From NCBI GenBank assembly GCA_002787235.1, contig PCWG01000033.1, positions 62,438 through 126,437 on the forward strand: a stretch of DNA of 64,000 nt, read 5' to 3'. Source of the stretch: Nitrospinae bacterium CG11_big_fil_rev_8_21_14_0_20_45_15. Its GTDB lineage: Bacteria; Nitrospinota; Nitrospinia; Nitrospinales; VA-1. The position numbers were made by a program, and so were the translations under genes. The notes below the pieces were generated by a model, which saw nothing but the letters and a program-made list of their open reading frames with translations, did not search any database and was not told the origin of the DNA. Below are positions 37,712 to 47,038 of the stretch, one piece after another. Position 1 is the first letter of the stretch; each line of letters begins with the position of its first letter.

Positions 37712-38455
37712 ATGACGCTATCCCCATCATCTACCGTTGAGCCCGCAATCGAAGTCAAAAACATTTGCAAAAGTTTTGGATTTCGTCGTGCCGTTTCCAA
37801 TTTGAGTTTTGAAGTGCAACGAGGTGAATTTCTCACCATTTTTGGTGCCAACGGAGCGGGTAAGACGACACTTCTGAATATCCTTTCAGGGCGCACGCGT
37901 CCGAGTTCAGGCACGGCCAAAGTTGCTGGCTTTGATGTTACAGAAGCCAATCCAAAGATGAGAAAAGAGATCGGTGTTATCTCACATGCGACCTGTCTTT
38001 ATCCCGATTTGTCGCCACTGGAGAATCTGGAATTCTATGCTAAGATGTACGGTTTGGATCGGCCAGAAGAGTGTGCTGAGAAAGCTGTTGAAGGTGCCGG
38101 ACTGAAAAAACGCAGACACGATCCCGTTCGTACTTTTTCGAGAGGCATGTTGCAACGGCTCACGATCGCGCGGGCGACTTTGCATCAGCCGTCGATTCTT
38201 TTTCTGGATGAGCCTTTTACAGGTCTGGATCCTCTGGCTTCCGGTGCGCTGAAGGATTATTTGCGCTCATTGCATACTGACCAGCGAACGCTATTGATGA
38301 CAACGCACGATATCAGCTGTGGTTTGGAGATGGGGGATCATATCGCAGTGCAAATTGATGGACGCTTTGCGTTGATGGAACCCAATAATGGTCTCGATCC
38401 TGTTGCGTTTGAAAGCCGATACATGAATTTGATCACTGGAGGCAAAGAAGGCTAG
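37712..38455 (+). CDS. ccmA: Haem exporter ATP-binding protein CcmA
   Basis: Walker A GANGAGKTTLL, signature SRGMLQRL, Walker B ILFLDEP. ATG at 37712 is preferred over the listed 37643. Confidence 0.88.
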   Translation: MTLSPSSTVEPAIEVKNICKSFGFRRAVSNLSFEVQRGEFLTIFGANGAGKTTLLNILSGRTRPSSGTAKVAGFDVTEANPKMRKEIGVISHATCLYPDLSPLENLEFYAKMYGLDRPEECAEKAVEGAGLKKRRHDPVRTFSRGMLQRLTIARATLHQPSILFLDEPFTGLDPLASGALKDYLRSLHTDQRTLLMTTHDISCGLEMGDHIAVQIDGRFALMEPNNGLDPVAFESRYMNLITGGKEG

Positions 38456-38490
38456 ATACGTTCTAAGGAACGTTTTGCCTGTGACAGACT

Positions 38491-39171
38491 ATGCGGGAAT
38501 ACCTCAACCAAATCATTGCCATCGTCCGCAAAGACTTTTTGACCGAGATGAAGACTCGGGAGTTGTTCAGTTCCATGTTTGTCTTTGCGGTTCTGGTTAT
38601 CATAATTTTCATTTTTACAGTGGATCTTAGCATCACACGATCCAACGAAGTGGGGCCGGGAGTGATGTGGGTTGCAATATTCTTTTCCGGTGCGATCGGG
38701 CTCAACCGTTCCTTTATGCTGGAAAAGGAAAACGGATGCATGCAAGGATTACTGCTGACTCCTGCCGACCGCACAGCGATTTACTTCGGGAAGCTGATAA
38801 GTAATCTGGGGTTTCTCACGTTAATGGAAGCGTTTATTCTTCCTGTATTCATGGTTTTTTTCAATATCGACCTTTTGCCGCATTTCTTCCCACTGCTTTT
38901 AGTGATATTCTTGGGGACATTGGGTTTTTGTGCTATCGGAACTTTGTTGGCGTCACTTGCCGCCAATCTCAAAACACGAGACATCATGCTTCCCATCTTG
39001 CTCTACCCGTTGATGGTTCCCATTGCCATTGCATCGGTGCGGATGACAGGGAAGATTTTGGCGGGCGAACCACTTTCGGAAATGTTGAACTGGATGGGCC
39101 TTGTTTTGTGTTTTGACATTATTTTTACCGGCACCGCCGTTATGACCATCGACCATATTTTAGAGGAGTGA
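38491..39171 (+). CDS. ccmB: Haem exporter membrane protein CcmB
   Basis: Six-TM CcmB profile immediately after ccmA. Confidence 0.88.
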   Translation: MREYLNQIIAIVRKDFLTEMKTRELFSSMFVFAVLVIIIFIFTVDLSITRSNEVGPGVMWVAIFFSGAIGLNRSFMLEKENGCMQGLLLTPADRTAIYFGKLISNLGFLTLMEAFILPVFMVFFNIDLLPHFFPLLLVIFLGTLGFCAIGTLLASLAANLKTRDIMLPILLYPLMVPIAIASVRMTGKILAGEPLSEMLNWMGLVLCFDIIFTGTAVMTIDHILEE

Positions 39172-39175
39172 TCTC

Positions 39176-39322
39176 ATGGGTCAACTCGGTTTTCTTTTTG
39201 TTGCCAACCTGTGTGTTTGGGGTGGTATATTTTTTTACATCTTGACCCTTAAAAAACGGCAAGCCGCTATGGAGAAAGACCTGCTTTTGTTAAAAGAAGA
39301 AAGTGGAAAGGACGGCGATTGA
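39176..39322 (+). CDS. ccmD: CcmD-family small membrane protein (48 aa; below the ORF-track cutoff)
   Basis: My own translation: MGQLGFLFVANLCVWGGIFFYILTLKKRQAAMEKDLLLLKEESGKDGD. One TM followed by a basic/coiled tail, as in alternative-type CcmD. The TGA overlaps the ccmC ATG (TGATG). Confidence 0.7.
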   Translation: MGQLGFLFVANLCVWGGIFFYILTLKKRQAAMEKDLLLLKEESGKDGD

Positions 39323-40038
39323 TGGCAGAGGAAAATAGTTCGAAGGAAATCTCTTCCAGCCCCGGCGGATTGTTCTGGCTCACTGCGGGCACCATGCTTG
39401 CGGCATTGATTGCCATATACCTTTGGGTTCCTACTGAGAAAAACGAAGGCATTGTTCAGCGGATCATGTATTTTCATATCCCCTGCGCCTGGCTGGCGTT
39501 CTTCGCATTTTTTATTGTCTTCGTGTCCAGCATCCTTTTTCTGTGGAAGAAAGAACGCGAGTGGGACATCTACGCACATTGTTCCGCTGAGATTGGCGTT
39601 GTGTTTTGTTCCCTTGTGCTCGTTACCGGTCCTATCTGGGCCAGACCTATCTGGGGTGTCTGGTGGGTTTGGGATGCGCGTCTCACCTCAACGCTGGTTC
39701 TATGGTTGATTTATATTGCTTACCTCATGTTGCGTGGTCAAACCGAGGCAGAATCGACTCGTGCCAGGTATGCCGCAGTGGTGGGTATTGTTGGTTTTCT
39801 TGACATCCCCCTGATTCATTTTTCTGTGCTGTGGTGGCGAACTTTTCATCCGAAACCCAAAGTCATTTCAGCAGAAGGCCTGGGACAAGGGATGGACCCT
39901 TCCATGCTTGCAACTTTGTGTATCTCATTAGCGGCGTTCACCTTGCTTTATTGTCTCTTGATGGGACGACGCGTAGCGTTAGAAAGAACGAAGGATGAAA
40001 TCGACCGTCTCAAAAGAGAAAAACTCTATTCCTCTTAA
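39322..40038 (+). CDS. ccmC: Haem exporter / haem-handling protein CcmC
   Basis: WGVWWVWDARLTS tryptophan-rich motif, six TM segments. ATG at 39322 (the listed start 39319 is TTG). Confidence 0.93.
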   Translation: MAEENSSKEISSSPGGLFWLTAGTMLAALIAIYLWVPTEKNEGIVQRIMYFHIPCAWLAFFAFFIVFVSSILFLWKKEREWDIYAHCSAEIGVVFCSLVLVTGPIWARPIWGVWWVWDARLTSTLVLWLIYIAYLMLRGQTEAESTRARYAAVVGIVGFLDIPLIHFSVLWWRTFHPKPKVISAEGLGQGMDPSMLATLCISLAAFTLLYCLLMGRRVALERTKDEIDRLKREKLYSS

Positions 40039-40627
40039 AAAATACAGTGCCTTGTTCGGCATTCTGTTTTTGGGTTCCCTGTTATTTTTTTTTGAGCATT
40101 TCAACGAGGAACCTTTTTTAACAGAAGATGTCGCTGGTCGTCCTCAATACGATCAAGAGAGAGCGGAAATAGGGTACAAGGCACCGCAATTCACTTTGCG
40201 CAATCTGGAAAACAATCGCATCAACCTTTCCGATTTTGCTGGAAAAGTTGTGATTCTGAATTTCTGGGCGACCTGGTGCGCTCCCTGCCGGGTAGAGATG
40301 CCTGCCTTTGAAACTTTGTACCGTCGTTATCGTTCTGAGGGTTTGGTTCTTTTGGCAATCAGCATTGACAAGGGCGGGATTGAAACAGTGAAAGATTTTG
40401 TGCAAGAGAGAAAATTTTCTTTTCCTATTTTGATGGATAGCGACGGGACGGTTGAGCGGATGTATCCCTCTTTCTCTATACCGACCACTTATGTTATCGA
40501 CAGGACCGGGCATATTGCTGTGCGAGTAGATGGGGCAAAGAATTGGGAATCGAAAGAAACTTTTGAAGCCGTAGAATATTTACTGGGAATTCGCTCCGAA
40601 ACAGGGCTACCCACTGAGGAAAAATAA
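39995..40627 (+). CDS. TlpA/ResA/CcmG-like periplasmic thiol:disulfide oxidoreductase
   Basis: Signal anchor plus a thioredoxin fold with FWATWCAPC. Last gene of the ccm cluster, with a 44-nt overlap with ccmC. Confidence 0.88.
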   Translation: MKSTVSKEKNSIPLKKYSALFGILFLGSLLFFFEHFNEEPFLTEDVAGRPQYDQERAEIGYKAPQFTLRNLENNRINLSDFAGKVVILNFWATWCAPCRVEMPAFETLYRRYRSEGLVLLAISIDKGGIETVKDFVQERKFSFPILMDSDGTVERMYPSFSIPTTYVIDRTGHIAVRVDGAKNWESKETFEAVEYLLGIRSETGLPTEEK

Positions 40628-40629
40628 AA

Positions 40630-41052
40630 ATGTCAGAAACACAGAAAGTATTGGCGGCGAACCAATCATTTTATCACGCGTTCAATCGTCAGGACCTTGA
40701 TCTCATGATACAAACATGGGCGTCGAGAGCCGATGATATTTGCGTTCATCCGGGATGGACTCCATTGTTGGGACCCAACGCCATTGTTGAAAGTTGGGAA
40801 GGTATCTTTGAGTCTGGCGAAGGGTTGGAAATCGAGTTGTCCGATGTCAGGGTAGAAATTTCGGATGAACTGGCCTGGGTGCGTTGCCGTGAAAATCTGT
40901 TTTCTCTTTCTGCTTCCGGCGTTCATGCTTCCCGTGTATTTGCAACGAACCTGTTCCGAAAAATCGACGGACGCTGGCAGATGATTTTGCATCATGCCTC
41001 CTCATTGCCACAAGAAATGCCTTTGGATTCTTTGTCGCATGACGAAGAATAA
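40630..41052 (+). CDS. SnoaL-like / NTF2-fold protein (DUF4440-type)
   Basis: ANQSFYHAFNRQDLDLM...W......CVHPG......G...I...W..IF......I......V.......AWV...E.....ATNLFRK.DGRW.M..HHAS. Confidence 0.75.
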   Translation: MSETQKVLAANQSFYHAFNRQDLDLMIQTWASRADDICVHPGWTPLLGPNAIVESWEGIFESGEGLEIELSDVRVEISDELAWVRCRENLFSLSASGVHASRVFATNLFRKIDGRWQMILHHASSLPQEMPLDSLSHDEE

Positions 41053-41159
41053 TTTTCGCGCAATTTGCAGATATCCTTAAAAAATTTGATAGTGGATCGC
41101 GTTAGAAGCAACTTTTTTAATGCAATCTCAGCGTAAGGTTTTCGTATTTAAATTTTTTT

Positions 41160-42584
41160 ATGTTATTCAATTCCCTCACTTTCCTCGTTTTTTTCGCGGT
41201 CGTTTTATTTTTTCATTACAGCGTTAGCTCATGGCGATTGCAGAAAACGATTCTTCTGATCGCGAGTTATATTTTTTACGCGGCGTGGAACCCTCCCTTC
41301 ATTGCTTTATTATGGCTTTCAACCTTGGTCGACTGGTTTGTTGCGAAGGCGTTAGGCACTGAAGAAGCCCCTGCAAAGCGTCGTCTGTTACTGGCCGTTA
41401 GTCTGATCGTCAATCTGGGTTTGCTTGGATTTTTTAAATACGGCGAATTTTTACTCGAAAATTTCATCACATTGGCTAACTTCGCCGGATTTCAGTATGC
41501 GCCAGCCACACTGGATATCATTCTTCCCGTTGGCATTTCGTTTTATACTTTCCAAACACTGTCCTATACGCTGGACGTCTACTTCAAGAAAACGCCTCGT
41601 TGCGATTCTTTTCTCGACTACGCATTGTACGTCACCTTTTTTCCGCAGTTGGTTGCCGGGCCGATCGTCAGGTCGGAAGATTTTCTGCCACAATGTCGGG
41701 AGCCCAAACGCGCGAATCGCGATCAATTTGGATGGGGTCTTTATTTTATGACTCTGGGACTGTTTCAGAAGGTGGTGCTGGCAGACGGTTTGCTTTCCTC
41801 CTCTGTCGACAAAGTATTTGGATTCACAGGTGACTCGATATTCATGCTGGATGCGTGGCTGGGATTGTTGGCATTTTCCGGGCAAATATTTTTTGATTTT
41901 TCCGGCTACTCGACTTGTGCGATTGGCACGGCACTTTGTCTTGGCTTTATTTTGCCCGACAACTTTCGCTCGCCTTATTTCTCCGTTGGATTTTCAGATT
42001 TCTGGCGACGCTGGCACATGAGTCTGTCGAGCTGGTTGCGCGATTATTTGTATATTCCATTGGGTGGGAACAGAGTGGGCACGGTGCGTTCTCTGTTCAA
42101 TCTCATGTTCACCATGTTTCTCGGCGGACTGTGGCACGGTGCTTCCTGGACATTCATTGCGTGGGGTGTTTTGCACGGCTCCTATCTTGTTGTGGAACAT
42201 TTGTTGAGGCAGAGCTATTCAAAGCTACAATGGATAAAAACGAGAGCCGGACGTTTCATGCTTGCCGGTGTCACCTTTTTTCTTGTGAATATTGCCTGGG
42301 TCTTTTTCCGGTCAGGAAATTTTTCTACAGCGTGGATGATGATGGGATCGTTGTTTGATTTTTCCGGTGCAGGCGACCCACTGTTATCGACTCTGGAAAT
42401 CATTGAGGTGACTCTGGTAATCAGTGTGTTGCTGGTCTCTCATTGGTATTTGCATGAGAAACGACTTGAGCATGTGATACAAGACATGGCTTCCTGGTGG
42501 GTAGTGACCCTTTGGACAGGTATGGTCATTGGATTGACTCTGATGCAGGGAGGGGCGAATGCCTTCATCTACTTCCAGTTTTAA
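41160..42584 (+). CDS. MBOAT-family membrane-bound O-acyltransferase (AlgI/DltB/PatA-like)
   Basis: GISFYTFQ, FFPQLVAGPI, FWRRWHMSLS.WLRDYLYIPLGGNR, GLWHGA (catalytic His region). Confidence 0.9.
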   Translation: MLFNSLTFLVFFAVVLFFHYSVSSWRLQKTILLIASYIFYAAWNPPFIALLWLSTLVDWFVAKALGTEEAPAKRRLLLAVSLIVNLGLLGFFKYGEFLLENFITLANFAGFQYAPATLDIILPVGISFYTFQTLSYTLDVYFKKTPRCDSFLDYALYVTFFPQLVAGPIVRSEDFLPQCREPKRANRDQFGWGLYFMTLGLFQKVVLADGLLSSSVDKVFGFTGDSIFMLDAWLGLLAFSGQIFFDFSGYSTCAIGTALCLGFILPDNFRSPYFSVGFSDFWRRWHMSLSSWLRDYLYIPLGGNRVGTVRSLFNLMFTMFLGGLWHGASWTFIAWGVLHGSYLVVEHLLRQSYSKLQWIKTRAGRFMLAGVTFFLVNIAWVFFRSGNFSTAWMMMGSLFDFSGAGDPLLSTLEIIEVTLVISVLLVSHWYLHEKRLEHVIQDMASWWVVTLWTGMVIGLTLMQGGANAFIYFQF

Positions 42585-43650
42585 GACTTACGATTTAAAG
42601 CGAATTTATCCCAAACATCACTGGGTCGCGTTGGCCCTGTGGACGGCCCTGTTCAGCTCTGTATTGATCGGCGGTTGGGAACTCTATGTGCGAAGCCTGC
42701 AATATGCGCCCACCTTGAACGACTCCAAAGACCTGTGGGCCAGTCGCAGGACGGTTATAGACAGTGAACCGAAGCGTACCGTTCTCATCGGGTCTTCACG
42801 CATGTTGTTCGATCTGGATATGGATGTTTACGAAAAAGAGACAGGCGACCGACCCGTGCAATTGTCTACGGTAGGAACCAACCCCGGCCTGTATCTGGAA
42901 GATCTGGCCAATCATCCTGACTATTCAGGAACCGTGATTGTTGGAGTTGTTCCCGGATTATTTTTTGCTCCCGGAGGTCCACCTGTGACAAGCCCGAGCG
43001 AACATTTAAAACGGTATCAGACCTGGAGCCCGACTCAAAAATTCAGTCATCAAGTATCTATGATTATCGAAAAGTGGTTTGCATTTTTGAATGAGAGCGA
43101 TTTGACGTTGACGCAGTTATTGTTGAATCTGAAACTTCCCAATCGTGAAAAAGTTCATGGCCCGCCCGAACTTCCGCCTTATTTTCATGAAGTGGATGAA
43201 GAGCGGCAGGGGGGGATGACCGAATTTGCGGCAAAGAACACCGCCTTGCAAAAACGCATTCAGCAAATTTGGATTCCATTATTTACCCCGCCACCGCCGC
43301 CAAAGGGGCAAACCCAGGAGCAGGCGAAAGTAGAGTTCGGTAAATTTGTGGAAGCGAACCTTCAAAAAACAAAAGCGAACGTGGATAGAATCATGGAAAA
43401 AGGAGGGCGGGTGATCTTTGTTCGTTTGCCTTCTACGGGTAAGTTACGCGAAATGGAAAATACCTTCACGCCACGCGAACATTTTTGGGATCGAATATTA
43501 AAAACAACCAAGGCACCGGGAATCCATTTTGAAGACTACGAAGCATTGCGAGGTTTTGATTGCCCTGAATGGTCCCATCTTAACAGGCAAGATGCCACAG
43601 AATTCACAAAACGTCTGATGCCTGTACTGAAGGAATTGATAAGGAAATGA
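42559..43650 (+). CDS. Hypothetical membrane-anchored protein; possible acyl-transfer partner of the MBOAT
   Basis: ATG with a GGAGG RBS inside the last 26 nt of the MBOAT gene. N-terminal TM. VLIGSSRML resembles the DltD/SGNH-type G-S-S nucleophile block. Assignment is weak. Confidence 0.5.
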   Translation: MPSSTSSFKTYDLKRIYPKHHWVALALWTALFSSVLIGGWELYVRSLQYAPTLNDSKDLWASRRTVIDSEPKRTVLIGSSRMLFDLDMDVYEKETGDRPVQLSTVGTNPGLYLEDLANHPDYSGTVIVGVVPGLFFAPGGPPVTSPSEHLKRYQTWSPTQKFSHQVSMIIEKWFAFLNESDLTLTQLLLNLKLPNREKVHGPPELPPYFHEVDEERQGGMTEFAAKNTALQKRIQQIWIPLFTPPPPPKGQTQEQAKVEFGKFVEANLQKTKANVDRIMEKGGRVIFVRLPSTGKLREMENTFTPREHFWDRILKTTKAPGIHFEDYEALRGFDCPEWSHLNRQDATEFTKRLMPVLKELIRK

Positions 43651-43783
43651 GGGGAATGTCTCAGTCAGACTTTAACACTGAGATGAATGGAAAATTTTTC
43701 TAAAGAACTCATCGAAGGCAACTCACCGGCCCTTAGGATTTAAGGACCGGATAGAAGTGAACAGATTTAGAGAGCGGCCTTAT

Positions 43784-44584
43784 TCAAGCTGACTTTGTAG
43801 TAGAATCAGCAGGGGCCGTTTCTTCAGATGTCAACTTTGCAAGTGATGGATCGGAGGGTTTTGAAGACTCCGGTGCTTCTGGAAAATCTGCTCCAAGGGC
43901 ACTCAAGGGTTTCAATACCGAACCGAACTGATCTCGAATGAATGTCAGCAAATCACCCAGCGATCTTAAAATGGGTTCAGAGCTTTTAAATTGTGCGGCC
44001 TGATTTTTAAACTCAGAAGTGACGACCGCCGCGGCCAAAGCTTGAAGGTTACGCACTTTAGGATAGTCTGCCTGAGTGACTTCCGCGTCGCTTTGAGGCA
44101 AATCAATATTCCCCGCTGTTTGTATATCTGTAGAGCTTTGGCTGGAAACCGAAACAGTTTGAGAAACGGTTTTGCTCAAAGCGATGTTTATATCTTGAAC
44201 AGTACCCATCGATTTCGCTAAATCCTGAGCCGATTCTTGCAGATTAATATCTGCACCGGAAAAGAATTTTTCTACGATGGGTGCAATTTTTCCACTCAGC
44301 TCCTGTATTGCCGCAAGTTCGTTATCGGTCAAATCGCCTTGAACTGACATAGAATATTGCGATGCGGCGGTGGCTGTGCTTGAAATTGCTGAAACGGAAG
44401 AACTGTCTTTATAGTTATCTTGCCCTTGTGTTCCCTCGTAGGTATCCGCATTTTGAAAAGATAACGTGACAACATCCCCTTCCTGGGTTTTGAGTTCCAT
44501 CGCCGTTGAAAATTGGGCATTGGAACTCAAAGTGAATTGTCTGGAATCTATTAATGCTTTGTCTACGGCGACTTCTGTAAGCAT
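43784..44584 (-). CDS. Hypothetical Ser/Thr/Gln-rich protein
   Basis: 266-aa ORF with ATG start. No recognisable domain. Confidence 0.5.
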   Translation of the reverse strand: MLTEVAVDKALIDSRQFTLSSNAQFSTAMELKTQEGDVVTLSFQNADTYEGTQGQDNYKDSSSVSAISSTATAASQYSMSVQGDLTDNELAAIQELSGKIAPIVEKFFSGADINLQESAQDLAKSMGTVQDINIALSKTVSQTVSVSSQSSTDIQTAGNIDLPQSDAEVTQADYPKVRNLQALAAAVVTSEFKNQAAQFKSSEPILRSLGDLLTFIRDQFGSVLKPLSALGADFPEAPESSKPSDPSLAKLTSEETAPADSTTKSA

Positions 44585-44729
44585 GATGTTTAGCCCCCTG
44601 GGCTCTCCTATTAGTTTTTGTTGTTACATGATTTATCGGGTTTTGAAAAAAAAAACATTAGCAAAAAGATAATTTTTACAATGCTATCTAAGTTAACTTA
44701 ATATAATTGGTTTTCTAGTTTTTAAAGAA

Positions 44730-45413
44730 ATGGGTGGATTTTTTTTGAAAAAAAATTATAGTACTGATATGTCTAAAAAGCCCACAACTTATAGCGAGTT
44801 TGAACAGATTCGCGATTCTTTATTAAAGAAAGCGATTAAGTATTTTCGTGATAACAGCGATTTGAACGACGAAATGCTTCTGCAGGATTTGATAAAGGAA
44901 ACGCGTCAGCAATTTGATAAATTGGAGGGGTTATACAAAGGCAGTACCTCCGACAGTGGCGTGACAAAAAAGAGGTTGAAGCGTAAGGATCGTTTGCTTC
45001 GAAAAGAACATGTGGGGCGATACTTTTTAAGGCTTATGGAGCACGAGCTTAGGGAAGCAGGAATACATCAAAGCCTTATTCCGGTGTTCGCTAACTCCAT
45101 TCATTACTTGGCGGGCGAAGAAAACATAGGTTTGTGGACGGATAAAATCAATCGCCTGATGGAGTTTGGAGAAAAAAAGGGGGCTGATTACGAAACGATT
45201 TTAGATAGCAAGCCAGGAAAAATGATCAGTCGTGAGATCATGTCCACCTATAAAAAAGAAATTGAGAAGTCTCCAAGTTTCGCTAAGAAAATGAAGAATA
45301 ATCTGGATGAGGCCTTGGTGAAGGCGATCAACCCGGATGTCGATGGCGATGTGGATATTGAGGCCGCTGTGGAAAAAGCCTACAGCGAGTTTATCAAACG
45401 TTTGGATTCATAG
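44730..45413 (+). CDS. Hypothetical protein
   Basis: 227-aa ORF (an alternative ATG at 44769). No recognisable domain. Confidence 0.5.
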   Translation: MGGFFLKKNYSTDMSKKPTTYSEFEQIRDSLLKKAIKYFRDNSDLNDEMLLQDLIKETRQQFDKLEGLYKGSTSDSGVTKKRLKRKDRLLRKEHVGRYFLRLMEHELREAGIHQSLIPVFANSIHYLAGEENIGLWTDKINRLMEFGEKKGADYETILDSKPGKMISREIMSTYKKEIEKSPSFAKKMKNNLDEALVKAINPDVDGDVDIEAAVEKAYSEFIKRLDS

Positions 45414-45429
45414 TCGGATTTCTATCCAA

Positions 45430-45969
45430 CTAAAAAGGAAGTTGTGTATCTTTGATGCATGGCAGGAGCTGGTCTTTTTCGGAAAGCACAGGATTTTCAA
45501 GTGGCCAGTCGATTTTGATTTCAGGATCGTTCCATAGAATACCTCCCTCACCTGCAGGTGAATAGTAATTCGAGCATTTGTAAAGAAATTCTGCCTCTTC
45601 GCTCAGTACACAAAAGCCATGAGCAAAGCCTTCGGGAATAAACATTTGCAGATTATTTTCTGCCGATAGTCTGGTTCCAAACCATTTGCCGAAATTTGGT
45701 GATTTTTTGCGCAAATCTACTGCAACGTCGAAAACTTCCCCGCGAATCACCCGCACCAATTTCGCTTGCGGGTAGTCTGTTTGAAAATGCAGACCTCTTA
45801 ATATACCCTTCTTGGAAAGAGAATGATTGTCCTGCACAAAATCACAAAGAATCCCGGCATCAGCGCATTTTCGTTTCGAGAAACTTTCAAAGAGATAGCC
45901 TCGCTCATCACGGAAAATCCTTGGTTCAATTAAAATAATGCCGGCCAGGGGTGTGGGTATAATTTTCAT
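45430..45969 (-). CDS. rfbC: dTDP-4-dehydrorhamnose 3,5-epimerase
   Basis: F.DERG.F.E.F, RGLHFQ, KLVRV..G.VFDV.VD.R, GFAHGF cupin motifs. Confidence 0.93.
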   Translation of the reverse strand: MKIIPTPLAGIILIEPRIFRDERGYLFESFSKRKCADAGILCDFVQDNHSLSKKGILRGLHFQTDYPQAKLVRVIRGEVFDVAVDLRKKSPNFGKWFGTRLSAENNLQMFIPEGFAHGFCVLSEEAEFLYKCSNYYSPAGEGGILWNDPEIKIDWPLENPVLSEKDQLLPCIKDTQLPF

Positions 45970-46297
45970 AATGGATTGCAGGTTTAAGCGATTGATCCGT
46001 TACTATAATGAATGAGAAAAGGTTATACCCAAATCATTCAAATGGGTCAAGGCGGATGACATGAGTGGGAATAAGTGTTTTCTATTATTGTTTTAATGTT
46101 TCAATGGATGTTTGGGATATCATGGTTTACTTTCAGAACAACGGCCTAGCCTATCGCATTCTGTATTGATTTGAAATGAATTTTGGCAGTTTCCCATGAT
46201 TTTGGTATGATTCTCCCCTTGCCAGATTCTTTTTAGGGCTTGGTATCGATTCTTTTGGATTTATAAAAATTTCAGGAAACTTTTGCGAGAGAACTAA

Positions 46298-47032
46298 ATG
46301 AAGATAATTCCTGCTGTTGATATTAAAAATGGCAAATGTGTACGTCTTGTTCAAGGCAAGGCCGATCAAGAAACGGTGTACTCCGACGACCCTGTATCCA
46401 TGGCCCAAAAGTGGGATGACGAGGGCGCGGGATTGATTCATATTGTGGATCTGGATGGTGCTTTTGAAGGCCAGCCTGCAAACGCAGAGATCATAAAAAG
46501 CATTATTTATCATAGCTCGGCAGATATACAGGTTGGGGGAGGAATCCGCACTCTCTCTGCAATTGAAGGCTACATCAAAGCAGGTGCGTATCAGGTTATT
46601 CTAGGCACCATCGCCCAGAAAGATCCTGCTTTTGTAGAATCGGCGTGCAAGGAGTTCCCCGGTCGTATCACAATTGGCATTGACGCACGCGATGGCAACG
46701 TCGCCATCAAAGGATGGGTAGAAGTTTCCTCAAAAAAAGCTTTTGACCTGGCCCGGGAGCTTGAAGCCCTTGGCGCATCACGCTTTATTTTTACCGACAT
46801 CAGCCGGGACGGTATGTTGGAAGGGCCCAATTTGAAAAGCGTGAGAGAATTCGCACAAAACGTCAATGTTCCGGTGATTGCATCGGGAGGAGTCGGTAAT
46901 TTAAAACACATTGAGGATTTGATGGCTCTGGAGGACGATGGTGTTGCCGGAGTGATCGTAGGCAAAGCTTTGTACGATCAAACGATCACTTTTCAAGATG
47001 CTGTCAAATTAACCCGGAAACAGGAAAATTAA
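46298..47032 (+). CDS. hisA: 1-(5-phosphoribosyl)-5-[(5-phosphoribosylamino)methylideneamino]imidazole-4-carboxamide isomerase
   Basis: MKIIPAVDIKNGKCVRL.QG, HIVDLDGA, GGGIR, DISRDGML.G. Adjacent to hisF. Confidence 0.95.
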   Translation: MKIIPAVDIKNGKCVRLVQGKADQETVYSDDPVSMAQKWDDEGAGLIHIVDLDGAFEGQPANAEIIKSIIYHSSADIQVGGGIRTLSAIEGYIKAGAYQVILGTIAQKDPAFVESACKEFPGRITIGIDARDGNVAIKGWVEVSSKKAFDLARELEALGASRFIFTDISRDGMLEGPNLKSVREFAQNVNVPVIASGGVGNLKHIEDLMALEDDGVAGVIVGKALYDQTITFQDAVKLTRKQEN

Positions 47033-47038
47033 AAAAAC

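Noticed and set aside
46151-46513. 120-aa minus-strand ORF overlapping the hisA start
   Set aside because: It overlaps a confidently called gene in antisense and extends into AT-rich spacer. No homology was recognised.
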